Counted from the stretch's first letter, positions 21,799 to 32,289 are shown. The stretch: DNA of 64,000 bases from Spirochaetia bacterium (GCA_965263295.1 OZ253665.1:1856001-1920000); one strand, 5' to 3'. Notes: generated by a model from the letters alone, not told the origin. Numbers and translations are program-made.

Positions 21799-22145
21799 AA
21801 GTGAACGACCTGGCGAACTGGCTTGGCTACGAGTGCCTGTTCGACGCGGCGGCAGACGAAGATTTACTGAGGGGATATACGTCCGACTTGCTCAGCGACG
21901 TGATGGGCAATGCTCCTGCCGATTCGGTACTGATAACGATTCAGGCCCACAAAAATACGGTGGCGGTGGCTTCTTTGATCGGGGCATTTGCCATCCTGAT
22001 TTGTAACGGTCGCAGTGTCCCTGCCGATATGCTAGAGGCCGCAAGGCGCGAAGGCATCGCTATTTACAGCTGCGGTGAGAATCAGTTTCAGGCTTCGGGA
22101 AAAATCTTCCAACTCTTAAAGAGGCCAGGCCAGGAATCCTCATGA
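21795..22145 (+). CDS. DRTGG / HPr-kinase N-terminal-like domain protein
   Basis: GYTSDLLSDVM, VLITIQAH, VAVASL pattern typical of hydrogenase-associated DRTGG proteins; 4-bp overlap with the upstream gene. Confidence 0.8.
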   Translation: MKVNDLANWLGYECLFDAAADEDLLRGYTSDLLSDVMGNAPADSVLITIQAHKNTVAVASLIGAFAILICNGRSVPADMLEAARREGIAIYSCGENQFQASGKIFQLLKRPGQESS

Positions 22146-22230
22146 TTGAGTTTGGGCAAGAATTGTCAGGTCGCGACATGGAGCCAATTATGGAAGCCCA
22201 ATTATAGAAGTAAATTAAAGCGAGGATGGC

Positions 22231-22941
22231 ATGTGGCTTGACCTGCACAATCATTCCTGTCTTAGCCCCTGTGGCAGCCTGAGGCAGTCGCCGCGCGTGT
22301 TGGTGGAGCGGGCTCGGCTCCGGGGGCTCAAACTATTGGCACTCAGCGACCATAACACGGGGGAAAATCTGCCGGCCTTTGCCGACTGTTGTGCCGCCGC
22401 AAGCATTGCTCCGGTCTTTGGCATTGAGGTCAGCAGTGCGGAGGAAGTCCATGTCTTATGTCTGTTTGGCGACTTGGATGTGGCGCTGACGTTTGGCCGC
22501 GAAATTTACACGGCTCTGCAGAGCATGAAAAATATTCCCGAAAAACTGGGCGACCAAGTTATCGTCGATGCCGAGGAAAATATTTTGGGGTTCTTGGAAA
22601 AACATTTATCCAGCGGGGCGGTGACTTACAACCTGGATCAACTGGCACAAATGGTGCAAGAGAGAGAAGGGCTTTTTATCCCGGCCCACATAGACCGTCC
22701 GGCTTTTAGTATTCAAAGTCAGCTAGGCTTTCTGCCCAGTCTCGCCGTCGGTGACTTTGATGCCTTGGAGGTGCTGCAGCGCCCTTGCCCGCTAAATACT
22801 GCGGGATACTGTGAAATCACGGGCTCAGATGCCCACTTCCCCGAAAATGTCGGGCAGCGCGCCTGTGAGCTCCCGTTGCGAGAAGCTAGTTTTGCCGCTC
22901 TGAAGGAGTTCCTGGCAAGTCAGCGCCGGGTGCGGCGCTGA
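22231..22941 (+). CDS. PHP domain phosphoesterase
   Basis: DLHNHSCLSPC, SDHN, GIEV, EEVH, PAHIDR, GSDAH. Confidence 0.9.
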   Translation: MWLDLHNHSCLSPCGSLRQSPRVLVERARLRGLKLLALSDHNTGENLPAFADCCAAASIAPVFGIEVSSAEEVHVLCLFGDLDVALTFGREIYTALQSMKNIPEKLGDQVIVDAEENILGFLEKHLSSGAVTYNLDQLAQMVQEREGLFIPAHIDRPAFSIQSQLGFLPSLAVGDFDALEVLQRPCPLNTAGYCEITGSDAHFPENVGQRACELPLREASFAALKEFLASQRRVRR

Positions 22942-23206
22942 AGATTTCCTGCGGCTTGACTCTGACGGGCTTTAATCAATACAAATTTGTCTCTGCTTGG
23001 TCTTGATTCTGCCTCCAGGTGGCAATGTTTGCGCGCTTAAATCGGGCTTATGGACAAGAGCCTCAGTTTGCCGGCGGCTTTTGCTGGAGGAACGGTTTGA
23101 GAATTTTTTGTTTTGCGGGTAAATTTAGGGGGACACGGTATCAGATATATAATAAAATATTAATAAATTTAAATGATGGGAGTTTACTTGAAGAATGCGG
23201 CCACCA

Positions 23207-24636
23207 TGTATGATGTCATTGTAATCGGCGCAGGAATTGCGGGGGCTGCCATTGCTCGCGAACTTTCGCGCTACGAATTAAAAATTGCCGTGCTGGAGCG
23301 CAGCAGCGATGTCGCAAACGGAACGACCAAAGCCAATTCGGCCATCGTCCACGCTGGCTATGACGCGCCCGAAAACAGCTTGATGGCCAAGTATAACGTC
23401 GTGGGAAATGCGATGTTTGCCGCCCTGTGTCGCGACCTTAATGTGCCATTTACAGCGTGCGGCTCTCTCGTGGTGGCCTTTTCCCCAGAAGACCAGGAGC
23501 AGTTGCAAAGATTGCATCGCCGGGGTCTGCGCAACGCTGTGCCCGGAATGCGTCTGATCAGTGGACAGAAAGCCCGGCAACTTGAACCGAAACTCAGCGC
23601 TCGCATCACGGGCGCACTTTTGGCCGAGACTGCGGGCATTGTCGGGCCTTGGGAACTATGTATCGCGCTGCTGGAAAATGCCGTGGTCAACCGAGCGGAA
23701 CTTTTTCTGCGAGAGGAAGTCCTGTCCATAGAAAAAAAACGGGATGTATTTTATCTATCCACAAATGATCGCACTTTCGCAACGGGACTCGTCATAAATG
23801 CTGCGGGGGTCTACGCAGACAAAATTCACAACGCCATTGCGAGGCCGAGTTATCGCATCCGGGTGCGACGCGGCCAATACTTCGTCATGGACAAGAGCCA
23901 GGGTGCCCTGGTGCAGCGCGTGATTTTCCGGTGTCCGAGCGCCCTGGGCAAGGGCATCTTGGTCGCCCCGACAGTGCACGGCAACTTGCTGCTGGGGCCA
24001 GATGCGCAGGATCTGGATGACCGTGAAAATACCGCAACCAGCGCCGAAGAACTGGAACTCATACGCCGGGCGGCGGCAAAAATCATACCGGATATCCAGT
24101 TTCGCGACAGCATTCGCAATTTTGCCGGACTGCGCGCGGAATCGGATCGCGGTGACTTCGTGATTGAAGAGGCAGCAGACGTAGCCAATTTTTTTGATGT
24201 CGGGGGAATGAAGTCGCCGGGCCTGACTTCGGCTCCAGCTATAGCCATCGCTGTGGCAAAACAGGTGACAGAGCGCCTCGGCGCCCGCGAGAGGGCGGAA
24301 TTTCAGAGCCGGCGCGGCGGGCAGCGCGTGTTTATGGCGCTCAGCGATGACGAAAAGCGCGAACTGATCGGCAGGGAACCAGCTTATGGCAGAATTATTT
24401 GCCGCTGTGAAAGTATCACCGAAGGAGAAATTGTCGCAGCGATTCACAGGCCGCTTGGCGCCCGCAGTCTCGACGGGGTGAAGAAGCGCTGCCGTCCGGG
24501 CATGGGTCGCTGCCAGGGGAGCTTTTGCGGGCCGCAAGTCCAGGAGATTCTGGCACGGGAGCTAGGGCTCTCCTTGCAGGAAGTCATGCTTGACGAAGGG
24601 GGCTCCTATATTTTAGCCGGCGAGACAAAAAACTAG
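23207..24636 (+). CDS. FAD-dependent oxidoreductase, GlpA/L2HGDH-like, with C-terminal BFD-type 2Fe-2S domain
   Basis: MYDVIVIGAGIAG, TTKANSAIVHAGYD, SPGLTSAPAIA, ICRCESITEGEI...GMGRCQGSFC. Likely start is the ATG of MYDV (approximate); the track starts at 23173. Confidence 0.88.
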
Positions 24637-24637
24637 G

Positions 24638-25951
24638 ATGCCGGACAGAGTTCAATGCGATTTGCTCGTGGTCGGCGGTGGCCCTGCCGGCCTGGCTGCG
24701 GCTATTGAAGCCGCCAGAAACGGTGTCGAAAAGATACTGTTGGTAGAGCGCGGCAAAGAGCTGGGAGGCATCCTGCAACAGTGTATCCACAACGGCTTTG
24801 GCCTGCACGAATTTCAGCGCGAACTCACCGGGCCGGAGTATGCCCAGCGTTTTATTTCCGAGTTTTATCAAATCAAATCCATTGATTGCAAATGCAATAC
24901 GACGCTGCTTTCCATCGACGCAGCGACAAGCGAGCCGGCAGCCGCAGGCGCCGTCAAGCCCCAAATCGCCAAGGCCATCAACGAACAGGACGGTTATTTC
25001 AGCATTGAGGCAAGGGCGATCATCCTGGCCATGGGCTGCCGCGAGCGCACGCGCGGCGCCATTGCCATTCCGGGCACGCGCCCTGCCGGAGTTTTTACCG
25101 CGGGGGCGGCGCAGCAGTATATCAATATGGAAGGCTACATGGTCGGCAAGCGAGCGGTGATTTTAGGTTCTGGCGATATCGGCCTGATTATGGCGCGGCG
25201 CCTGACGCTTGAAGGGGCCACGGTCGAGGCTGTGGTTGAACTGCTGCCGTTTGCCAACGGACTCAGGCGCAACGTCGTGCAATGCCTGGAAGATTACCAG
25301 ATCCCCCTGCTGCTGAGTCACACTGTCAGTGAAATACGGGGCAAGGGCCGCGTGGAAGGCGTGCGCGTCGTCGAGGTCGATGAGAAATCGCGCCCCATCC
25401 CCAATACGCAAAGATTTCTTGACTGCGATACGCTCTTGTTGTCTGTCGGTCTGATTCCTGAAAATGAGCTGTCTCGCAAAGCGGGCATCATCATAGACCG
25501 GGGGAGTTCGGGGCCGCTCGTCAACGAGCAGCTGGAAAGTTCTGTCGCCGGCGTATTTGCTTGTGGGAATGTACTACACGTGCATGACCTGGTTGACTTT
25601 GTCAGCGAAGAAGCGCGCAAGGCCGCGCTCGCTGCCGCCCGCTTCCTCAAGCAGCCTTGGGTAGCCGGCGCAAAATCGGTCCCAATTCGGGCGGGGCATG
25701 GGATCCGCTACACTGTCCCGCAGAAGTTGTCCGCCGAGAATTTGCCGGAGCACGTGGATATTTTTATGCGGGTGAAAGAAATATATCAGCAGGCCCAAAT
25801 CCAGGTACACGCGGGAGGAACATTGCTGGCCTCTTTCGCCAAGCGCCATATGGCCCCCGGTGAGATGCAAAAGATTCGCATAAGCCAGAAGGTCTTGCAA
25901 CAAATACAGAGTTCTGCCTTGGAGGTCTCTGTTTCTGCGGTCGCAGAATAA
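24638..25951 (+). CDS. FAD/NAD(P)-dependent pyridine nucleotide-disulfide oxidoreductase (partner of the GlpA-like enzyme)
   Basis: GGGPAGLAAA, GGILQQCIHNGFG, MGCRER, GSGDIGLIMARR, GNVLHVHDLVD. Confidence 0.88.
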   Translation: MPDRVQCDLLVVGGGPAGLAAAIEAARNGVEKILLVERGKELGGILQQCIHNGFGLHEFQRELTGPEYAQRFISEFYQIKSIDCKCNTTLLSIDAATSEPAAAGAVKPQIAKAINEQDGYFSIEARAIILAMGCRERTRGAIAIPGTRPAGVFTAGAAQQYINMEGYMVGKRAVILGSGDIGLIMARRLTLEGATVEAVVELLPFANGLRRNVVQCLEDYQIPLLLSHTVSEIRGKGRVEGVRVVEVDEKSRPIPNTQRFLDCDTLLLSVGLIPENELSRKAGIIIDRGSSGPLVNEQLESSVAGVFACGNVLHVHDLVDFVSEEARKAALAAARFLKQPWVAGAKSVPIRAGHGIRYTVPQKLSAENLPEHVDIFMRVKEIYQQAQIQVHAGGTLLASFAKRHMAPGEMQKIRISQKVLQQIQSSALEVSVSAVAE

Positions 25952-25989
25952 CGAAAATCCTTTGCCGGGCAGATATTGGGGATACGAAA

Positions 25990-26343
25990 ATGGAAGAAAA
26001 ATCTTTAGTCTGTGTCGTTTGCCCGATTGGTTGCCATTTGCAAGTGGATACGACAGCCGGTTATCGGGTCACGGGCAATCAGTGCAAGCGAGGGATTCTG
26101 TATGCCAGGGAAGAACTTACAGCCCCCAAAAGGGTGGTCACTTCCACGGTCAGGATATCGGGGGCCATTTATCCAAGACTTCCCGTCAGAACTTCAAAGG
26201 CCATTCCCAAAAAACGGGTCTTTGAGTGTATGCAGCTGATAAACAGCCTGAGAGTCTCGGCTCCAATAACGATGGGGACAGTGCTGGTAGACAATTTGCT
26301 TGACCTGGAAGACGTTCAGCTGATTGCCAGTAGGGATATGTAG
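25990..26343 (+). CDS. DUF1667 family CxxC metal-binding protein
   Basis: CVVCPIGC, GNQCKRG, PKRVVTSTV, LPVRT; the usual third gene of this cluster. Confidence 0.88.
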   Translation: MEEKSLVCVVCPIGCHLQVDTTAGYRVTGNQCKRGILYAREELTAPKRVVTSTVRISGAIYPRLPVRTSKAIPKKRVFECMQLINSLRVSAPITMGTVLVDNLLDLEDVQLIASRDM

Positions 26344-26440
26344 CCGTTTTTTCTGTAGCCTTCTTGCGCACAGAATTCAAGATACACTCCTCAGAGTGCT
26401 GTGGGCATCGTCTGGCATTCTGGCTTATTGCTTAGCTTAG

Positions 26441-26530
26441 TGTGGGGGACATGAAAAATAAAAAAGCAGAAATTGAGCAGAAAAGTTGCAAGATACCTTT
26501 TATTTAGGGCTTTCAAAGGATGGATGCAAG
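26441..26530 (+). mobile_element. Short diverged copy of a putative transposable-phage terminus
   Basis: TGTGGGGGACATGAAAAATAAAAAAGCAGAAATTGAGCAGAAAAGTTGCA...TATTTAGGGCTTTCAAAGG matches the first ~90 bp of 26773 and 57139. Confidence 0.6.
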
Positions 26531-26772
26531 ACTTGAATAATCGGCCATTATTGACGGCATAATTTAACAAACTAACAGGCTAAAACTTTTAAGACTGTTA
26601 GTTTCTGCCCTTAAAAAGCAAAAAATTTTGCGGGGCAAAAGCCCCGTTTTCCTATCTTACGCCTTACGGCAGGGCTGCCGCCCTATCCCCGCTTGGGACT
26701 CCGCCCCAAACCCCGGCAGGAGCAAAGCCCCTGCACCCCATTTACCGCCATCGCTCAAATCGGCAACCGGTT

Positions 26773-27089
26773 TGTGGGGGGGGGGGCATGAAGAATGAAA
26801 AAGCAGAAATTGTGCAGAAAAGTTGCAGGATGTCTTTTATTTAGGGCTTTCAAAGGGTGGATGCAGGGCGTTTAAGTTTGAAAAAAATTGCAGGTTTTTG
26901 CTGTTTTCTTGGAGAAATTTGTAAAAAACTTGCAGAAATTTGCAGCCGTTTTTACTGATTTTCCGGGTGCGGTTTCGGCTTTCTGTGACGGGTCGACTGA
27001 GAGCGCCCGGCCGACTTTTGCTAAATGACAGACTTTGCGGGCGGCGCTAGCAATATCGAAATGCGTGAAGCGTGATGAGCGCGGCGGCC
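26773..27089 (+). mobile_element. ~315-bp putative Mu-like prophage terminus, copy 1
   Basis: Begins TGT-G-run; several AAA(N)TTGCAG boxes; near-identical to 57139-57451; abuts Mu-like structural gene fragments. Confidence 0.65.
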
Positions 27090-28063
27090 TGGCGCGCCTG
27101 GCCGCCTATGCATTTATGGCTAAACGCTTCGGGCTGGGCGACTGGGTAAAGTATCTTTCAAGCGCGGGAATGCCCGTGCGTGTGGGAAAGTACGAACCCA
27201 GGGCCAACACGGAGGAACGCTTGTTGCTCAAGCGGGCCTTGCGAATGATATCAAGCGACAAGGCGGCGGCAATACCCAAGAACACCAGTATTGAGTTTGT
27301 CGAGGCACAGAACAGCGGTGGCGCGAGCTTCAAGGCCCTGGCCGAGTATCTGGACAAGCAGATTGCGGTGGCGGTGCTGGGGCAAACCCTGACGAGCGGC
27401 AGCGGACAGCAAGGCAGCTATGCCCTGGGGCACGTGCACAACGAGGTGCGCCAGGACATCTTGAAGGCCGACTGCGTGAGTATTACGGCTGAGATTCAAG
27501 AGTTGGTCGATAAAATCTGCCTGGTCAATTTTGGGCCAGACAGTGCGCCCGCCTTGAGTATCAAGCCAAAGGCGCAAAAGGATTTGCAGAAGATGGCCGG
27601 AGTCGTCTCAACCCTGACGCAGCATGGACTGGAAGTACCGCTCAAGTGGATATATGAGGAATTTGGCATTCCCGAACCCAGGGATGGCGAGGAAACCCTG
27701 GGCAGCGCCGAGGGCCAGGCGAAAGACAGCCCAAAAGGAGAAAAAGACAAGAAAGGCGAAATGAATAGCCTGAACTTGTCGCAGCAGGCCCACAACAGCG
27801 AACTAAACTCATACGTGGTGCCCGGAGAAAAAGACCCGGACGCGGAACTTGAACAGCTTGAAGCTCAGGCCATGGAATTTGACTATCACACAAACGCAGA
27901 GGATGCGGTTTTGAAGGCTTTAAACTCATCGAAGGACTTTAACCAGTTTAATCAAAAGATGGCTAAAATCGCACTTAAGGAGCCAGAGGAGGGACTTGTG
28001 CAGTCTCTGGCCCTTGCGACGACCAAGGGGGCACTGCTGGGCCAGAGGGACGGCGATGCCTAA
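27080..28063 (+). pseudogene. 5'-truncated Mu gp29-like portal protein (DUF935)
   Basis: GLARLAAYAFMAKRFGLGDW...GMPVRVGKY...AAAIPKNTSIEF...VLGQTLTS...GSYALGHVHNEVRQDI is the central/C-terminal part of DUF935; the N-terminal part is replaced by the terminus repeat. Confidence 0.8.
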
Positions 28064-29447
28064 ATATTACCGCATTCAGGACGTATCCAAAGAGGTTAGC
28101 CGCTACATTGCGGAAAAGGGCCTGAAAACCAGCCCCAACAGCTGGCGCGATATCTATGCCGCAGAGCACGCCAACGCCTTCACGGTGGCACGATTAAAGG
28201 ACTTAAACCTGCTGGGAAACGTGCAAAAGGAAGTCGCCCGCAGCATCGAAAACGGCGACACGTTTGAAGATTTCAGGGAGCGGATGAAGCCCAAGCTGCA
28301 AAGCTGGCTTGATAGCGTGCGCAAGAGTCCGCCGCCTGAGGTTGAAGGCCCGGAGCTGGACAAGTGGAAGAAGCGCAAGGACAACTACCGGCTAAGGCGC
28401 ATATTTGAGACCAACACGCGCCAGGCATACGCCAATCACCACTACAATCGCGGCATGGACAATCCGCTGGTCACGCATGTGATCTATCGCATTGGGCCGA
28501 GTATTCATCACCGCGTCGATCATGTCGCGCTGGACGGGATAGTCCTGCCCAAGGATGACCCTTTCTGGGACACGCACTGGCCGCCCAACGGCTGGGGTTG
28601 TAAGTGCTATACGCGCTTTATCACCAAAGATACATTGGAGCGCTACCGCAAGGAAGGCGTGCAGGACTTAAACGCCGGGGCAGAAAAAGACCAGAAGGGA
28701 CGGCCCACGGGACGGCTGCGCAAAAAGATGAAGCCGATCAATGAAGTGGCCCCGCCCATAAGGTATCGCCGGTTTGAGCGCGCAGACGGGCAGGTAGTAA
28801 ATGTACCCGCAGACATTGACCCCGGCTTTGAGTGGAACGCGGGCAAGGTGAATCGAAATACCTGGCTAAAAGATCAGGCAATCAGGAAGGCGCGGGCACT
28901 GGAGTTAAACCCAAAGGAACAACAAAAGCTGGAACAACTGATTGTTTCCAATAAGGCGCAGCAGCAAGCATACGAGGCTTTCGTAGAAAGACATTATGGT
29001 AAGGCTTCCAGCGGTAAAACTACGGATGTAGGATTGATACAGGACGCCTTAAAGACGGACAGTATGCATCGCTTGGGCGGTTTGCCGGACTCTGATTTAA
29101 TCATGATACAGGATAAGGTACTGAATTCCAAAGATCAGAGCCACAAGAGTTTTGCCTTCGGCGATAGCAGCGTGAGTAAGCGGGATTTCTTGAAGGTACC
29201 GCAGATGCTACAAAAGCCAGATTTATTGGTATGGGACAATAAGCGCAATCAATATGTAATAGTGATGCATACCAAGCGGCGGCAGCTATTATTCTTGCCC
29301 GTTGGAATCAACCGAATTAAGGCATTGAAGGGCAATTACTGGACATTGCGCAGTGTCTACCGTGTAGAGAGCTATAATGAAGCATTTAATGAAAAATGGC
29401 GGGGCGAGCATCGCTATGAAATTCTGAATCCCCAGAAAAAGAAATAA
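28056..29447 (+). CDS. Mu gpF-like head morphogenesis (MuF) protein with C-terminal extension
   Basis: AEHANAFTVA, RLRRIFETNTRQAY, HRVDH, DDPFWDTHWPPNGWGCKC, IDPGFEWNAG; ATG 28056 overlaps the portal stop. Confidence 0.88.
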   Translation: MPKYYRIQDVSKEVSRYIAEKGLKTSPNSWRDIYAAEHANAFTVARLKDLNLLGNVQKEVARSIENGDTFEDFRERMKPKLQSWLDSVRKSPPPEVEGPELDKWKKRKDNYRLRRIFETNTRQAYANHHYNRGMDNPLVTHVIYRIGPSIHHRVDHVALDGIVLPKDDPFWDTHWPPNGWGCKCYTRFITKDTLERYRKEGVQDLNAGAEKDQKGRPTGRLRKKMKPINEVAPPIRYRRFERADGQVVNVPADIDPGFEWNAGKVNRNTWLKDQAIRKARALELNPKEQQKLEQLIVSNKAQQQAYEAFVERHYGKASSGKTTDVGLIQDALKTDSMHRLGGLPDSDLIMIQDKVLNSKDQSHKSFAFGDSSVSKRDFLKVPQMLQKPDLLVWDNKRNQYVIVMHTKRRQLLFLPVGINRIKALKGNYWTLRSVYRVESYNEAFNEKWRGEHRYEILNPQKKK

Positions 29448-29570
29448 GGCGGAATACCTTGAGTTACTGCAACAGATGCAGGCCCAGGCAACTCGCCCTA
29501 CTTGATTCTACTATAACACAGTTTTTAGCTTAAAGCAAGAAATTTTTATAAAAACTCTTAACCTTTATTT

Positions 29571-31046
29571 CTACTCAGGCGGGCAATCTGTAAGTGGAAT
29601 TTCTACTTTCCCCAATTTGGCTACTCCAGACTCTTCTTTTTTTACCAGTACTCTGAAATAAAAGTTTTCTGCGTTGTCTAATCCCATAGCATTAAAAAAT
29701 CCTGTATAGAGTCCAGATTTATATGCTGTATCTTTATCTATTATTTTTGCCATGTAGCCGTAATCCTCCCAGCAATGAGCCATTTTTCGCTCCCAATCAG
29801 ACCATGGTGAATCGTAGTCTTTGTCTTCTTTTATATCTGTATTCGCCACAAGGCCAACAATAGCCCCTCTCAAGTTCGCCCCTGTCAAGTACGCCCCTTG
29901 CAACTTCGCCCCTGTCAAGTCCGCCCCTTGCAAGTACGCCATTTCCAAGTCCGCCTCTTGCAAGTGCGCCATTCTCAAGTGCGCCATTCTCAAGTGCGCC
30001 CATTTCAAGTGCGCCATTTCCAAGTGCGCCCCTTGCAAGTTCGCAATTTCCAAATTCGCCCCCTCCAAGTCCGCACCCAACAATTTCGCCCGCATCAAGT
30101 CCGCCTCTCGCAAGTCCGCCTCTCGCAAGTCCGCCTCTCGCAAGTCCGCAACCAACAACTTCGCCTTTCGCAAGTCCGCCTCTTGCAAGTCCGAATCTTT
30201 CAAGTGTGCCTCTTGCAAATCTGCCCCTTGCAAGTCCGCGCCTTGCAATTTCGCGCCTTGCAATTCCGCCCCTTGCAATTCCGCCCCTCGTAAGTTCGCA
30301 TCTTTCAAGTTCGCCCCACTCAAGCACGCATCATTTAAGTGTGTCCATTTTAAGTCGAACTTGTAGTTTTCAGGATATTCCTTATTGCCAGATTCCTTAC
30401 TAAAATCGGAAAAAAATAATTTCAGTACACGATTTCTAACAGATGGGTTGATTTTTATATCATCCTTATCGTTCTTGTCAACGTCCCGGAGATATAAAGA
30501 GATACAGTCTAAAATTTTAATTTTCAAAGATTTATTGGATTTAGCTATCAATATCGACTCATCTTTAGATTTGTCTGGATATAGATCGTATAATTCACTT
30601 ATCCCCAGTAATTGTAGACGAAATTTATCTATACTATAGAGTTTTTCTAACGCTTCCCCATAGATTCTTTTTTGTTCATCTTCCCTGCGCAATTTCTCTT
30701 GTCTTTCATTGTCTTCTCTGTGTTTTTCATTATCTTCCCTGCGGTGTTCTTCTGTTCGATGAATGCGAATTGCGGAATAGACTAACCCAGAAATTGCTAT
30801 AGCGAGAGTTTCTAATTTTACCAGTAAGTCTTGAGCTCTCTCTTTGTCGTTGTCTGATACAGAAAAAATAAAAGACTTTAATAGTGCCAGAAATTTATAC
30901 CATTTCTCCTTATTTGGTAGGCAGTCATCAGACTGCCCGATAAAAATATACATTATAATCATAATAGCAGTGAATAATAAGAATAGGACGATAACCCAAC
31001 CAGAAAAGGTACGAAATAGAAACTTAATTAACCTTCTCATTTTCAA
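29571..31046 (-). CDS. Membrane-anchored pentapeptide repeat protein
   Basis: Two N-terminal hydrophobic helices and ~30 A(D/N/H/K)Lxx repeats (15-bp DNA periodicity at ~29870-30345); AT-rich. Confidence 0.88.
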   Translation of the reverse strand: MKMRRLIKFLFRTFSGWVIVLFLLFTAIMIIMYIFIGQSDDCLPNKEKWYKFLALLKSFIFSVSDNDKERAQDLLVKLETLAIAISGLVYSAIRIHRTEEHRREDNEKHREDNERQEKLRREDEQKRIYGEALEKLYSIDKFRLQLLGISELYDLYPDKSKDESILIAKSNKSLKIKILDCISLYLRDVDKNDKDDIKINPSVRNRVLKLFFSDFSKESGNKEYPENYKFDLKWTHLNDACLSGANLKDANLRGAELQGAELQGAKLQGADLQGADLQEAHLKDSDLQEADLRKAKLLVADLREADLREADLREADLMRAKLLGADLEGANLEIANLQGAHLEMAHLKWAHLRMAHLRMAHLQEADLEMAYLQGADLTGAKLQGAYLTGANLRGAIVGLVANTDIKEDKDYDSPWSDWERKMAHCWEDYGYMAKIIDKDTAYKSGLYTGFFNAMGLDNAENFYFRVLVKKEESGVAKLGKVEIPLTDCPPE

Positions 31047-31287
31047 TCACCTGTATAGCATCATGTAGTAATGCTTCTTGATATTCTGCTTCTCCAACCC
31101 CATGCTCGGCGAAAAAGTCATCCAGCATGCTCTGGTGCAAATAGGCCAGCCCTTCAATGTCTAGTGCGCTCTCCGAAACGTTGGGGCCAAATTCCCGCAG
31201 CAGCAAAATAAGAACATATTATGAAGCCTTCCCAAATGAATAATATTTAGAATCATGGCTTTCTGTCAATTTACAAATTTAATGTTG

Positions 31288-31902
31288 TTAGGCGCCCCCT
31301 TCTTCCCGTATCCCGCCACAAATTCGGCCACGTAATAGCAAGTCTGATCCTTTCAGGTTCGCCAGCCTCAATGTTACACCTTGTAAGTTCGCTCTTTCCA
31401 ATTCCACATCTGTCAATGTCGCCCTGTATAAGTTCGCCTCTTTCAAATTGATCTGGTCTCCTAGAAGCTTAATCCCTTCTTTCATAAACAAATTAAATAT
31501 TTTATTTACAGTTCTAACGCTTTTTACTGCATGGTTTTTATCACTTACTTCTTTAATATTTACGCCAACTTCACGGGGGTATTCAAAAATGTTATCCAAG
31601 ATTTTCTTTTTTAAAGATTGTTTGAATTCCGGCTTATCTTCCTCTAAATATACGTTATATAAATCTCGCACACCTAGCAGTTGAAGCTCTTTCTTATCGG
31701 TTGTGTAAAGATTCCGCAAAGCTTCTGCGTAGCGTTCTGTTTGTTTATCCTCTCTGCGCAAGCTGTCTTGTTTTTCATTATCTTCCTTGCGATACTCTTC
31801 TGTCTTCTTGGAATTCTTCGCAGAAATCTTGAATATTAGAATAGTTACAATGGTACCCAGAGCACTTACAATGAGATCTATTACATCAAATAAATCACTT
31901 TT
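31288..31902 (-). pseudogene. Degenerate paralog of the pentapeptide repeat protein
   Basis: TEEYRKEDNEKQDSLRREDKQTERYAEALRNLY...LQLLGVRDLY parallels TEEHRREDNEK...LRREDEQKRIYGEALEKLY...LQLLGISELY; no start codon before the TM segment, few repeats, early end. Confidence 0.65.
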
Positions 31903-32289
31903 TTATGAGTCAAGTATTACTTGATATTTCGCTCAGATCAGTTAAATCTACAAAGAGTAAATTCACAAAAACTTCGCTTATTTCTTTATTATCAGGTTAT
32001 AATAAAGAAATAGGAGTTGAATTAAGGCACGAAATCTTTGAGGTAGCTGGCACGTAAAATCTATAGAGTTGAGCCCCCTTTTTAACGAAGAGAATGTCAA
32101 GGTGCCCGATTAACAATGCAAGTTGTGGAGATGGCCGAAGAAATAGCCAGCTTCCCCTGGCAGAAATCACGCGCTCAGGAGACAACAAAGCTACAAGCCA
32201 GTGGCCCGATATAGTGCTTAGCAGCTTGACTCAATTCATGGTTTAGACATATTCTAACGGTCCGCTAATAATTTAAGCCCATTACAAAT

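Noticed and set aside
27035..28063. Intact 342-aa portal gene as given by the ORF track (likewise 58061-59158, 58796-60091 and 62083-62808 as full genes)
   Set aside because: Each track ORF crosses a rearrangement junction; the starts or ends derive from unrelated sequence, so they are annotated as fragments.
29797..30403. Alternative-frame repeat ORFs over the pentapeptide gene
   Set aside because: By-products of the 15-bp periodicity.
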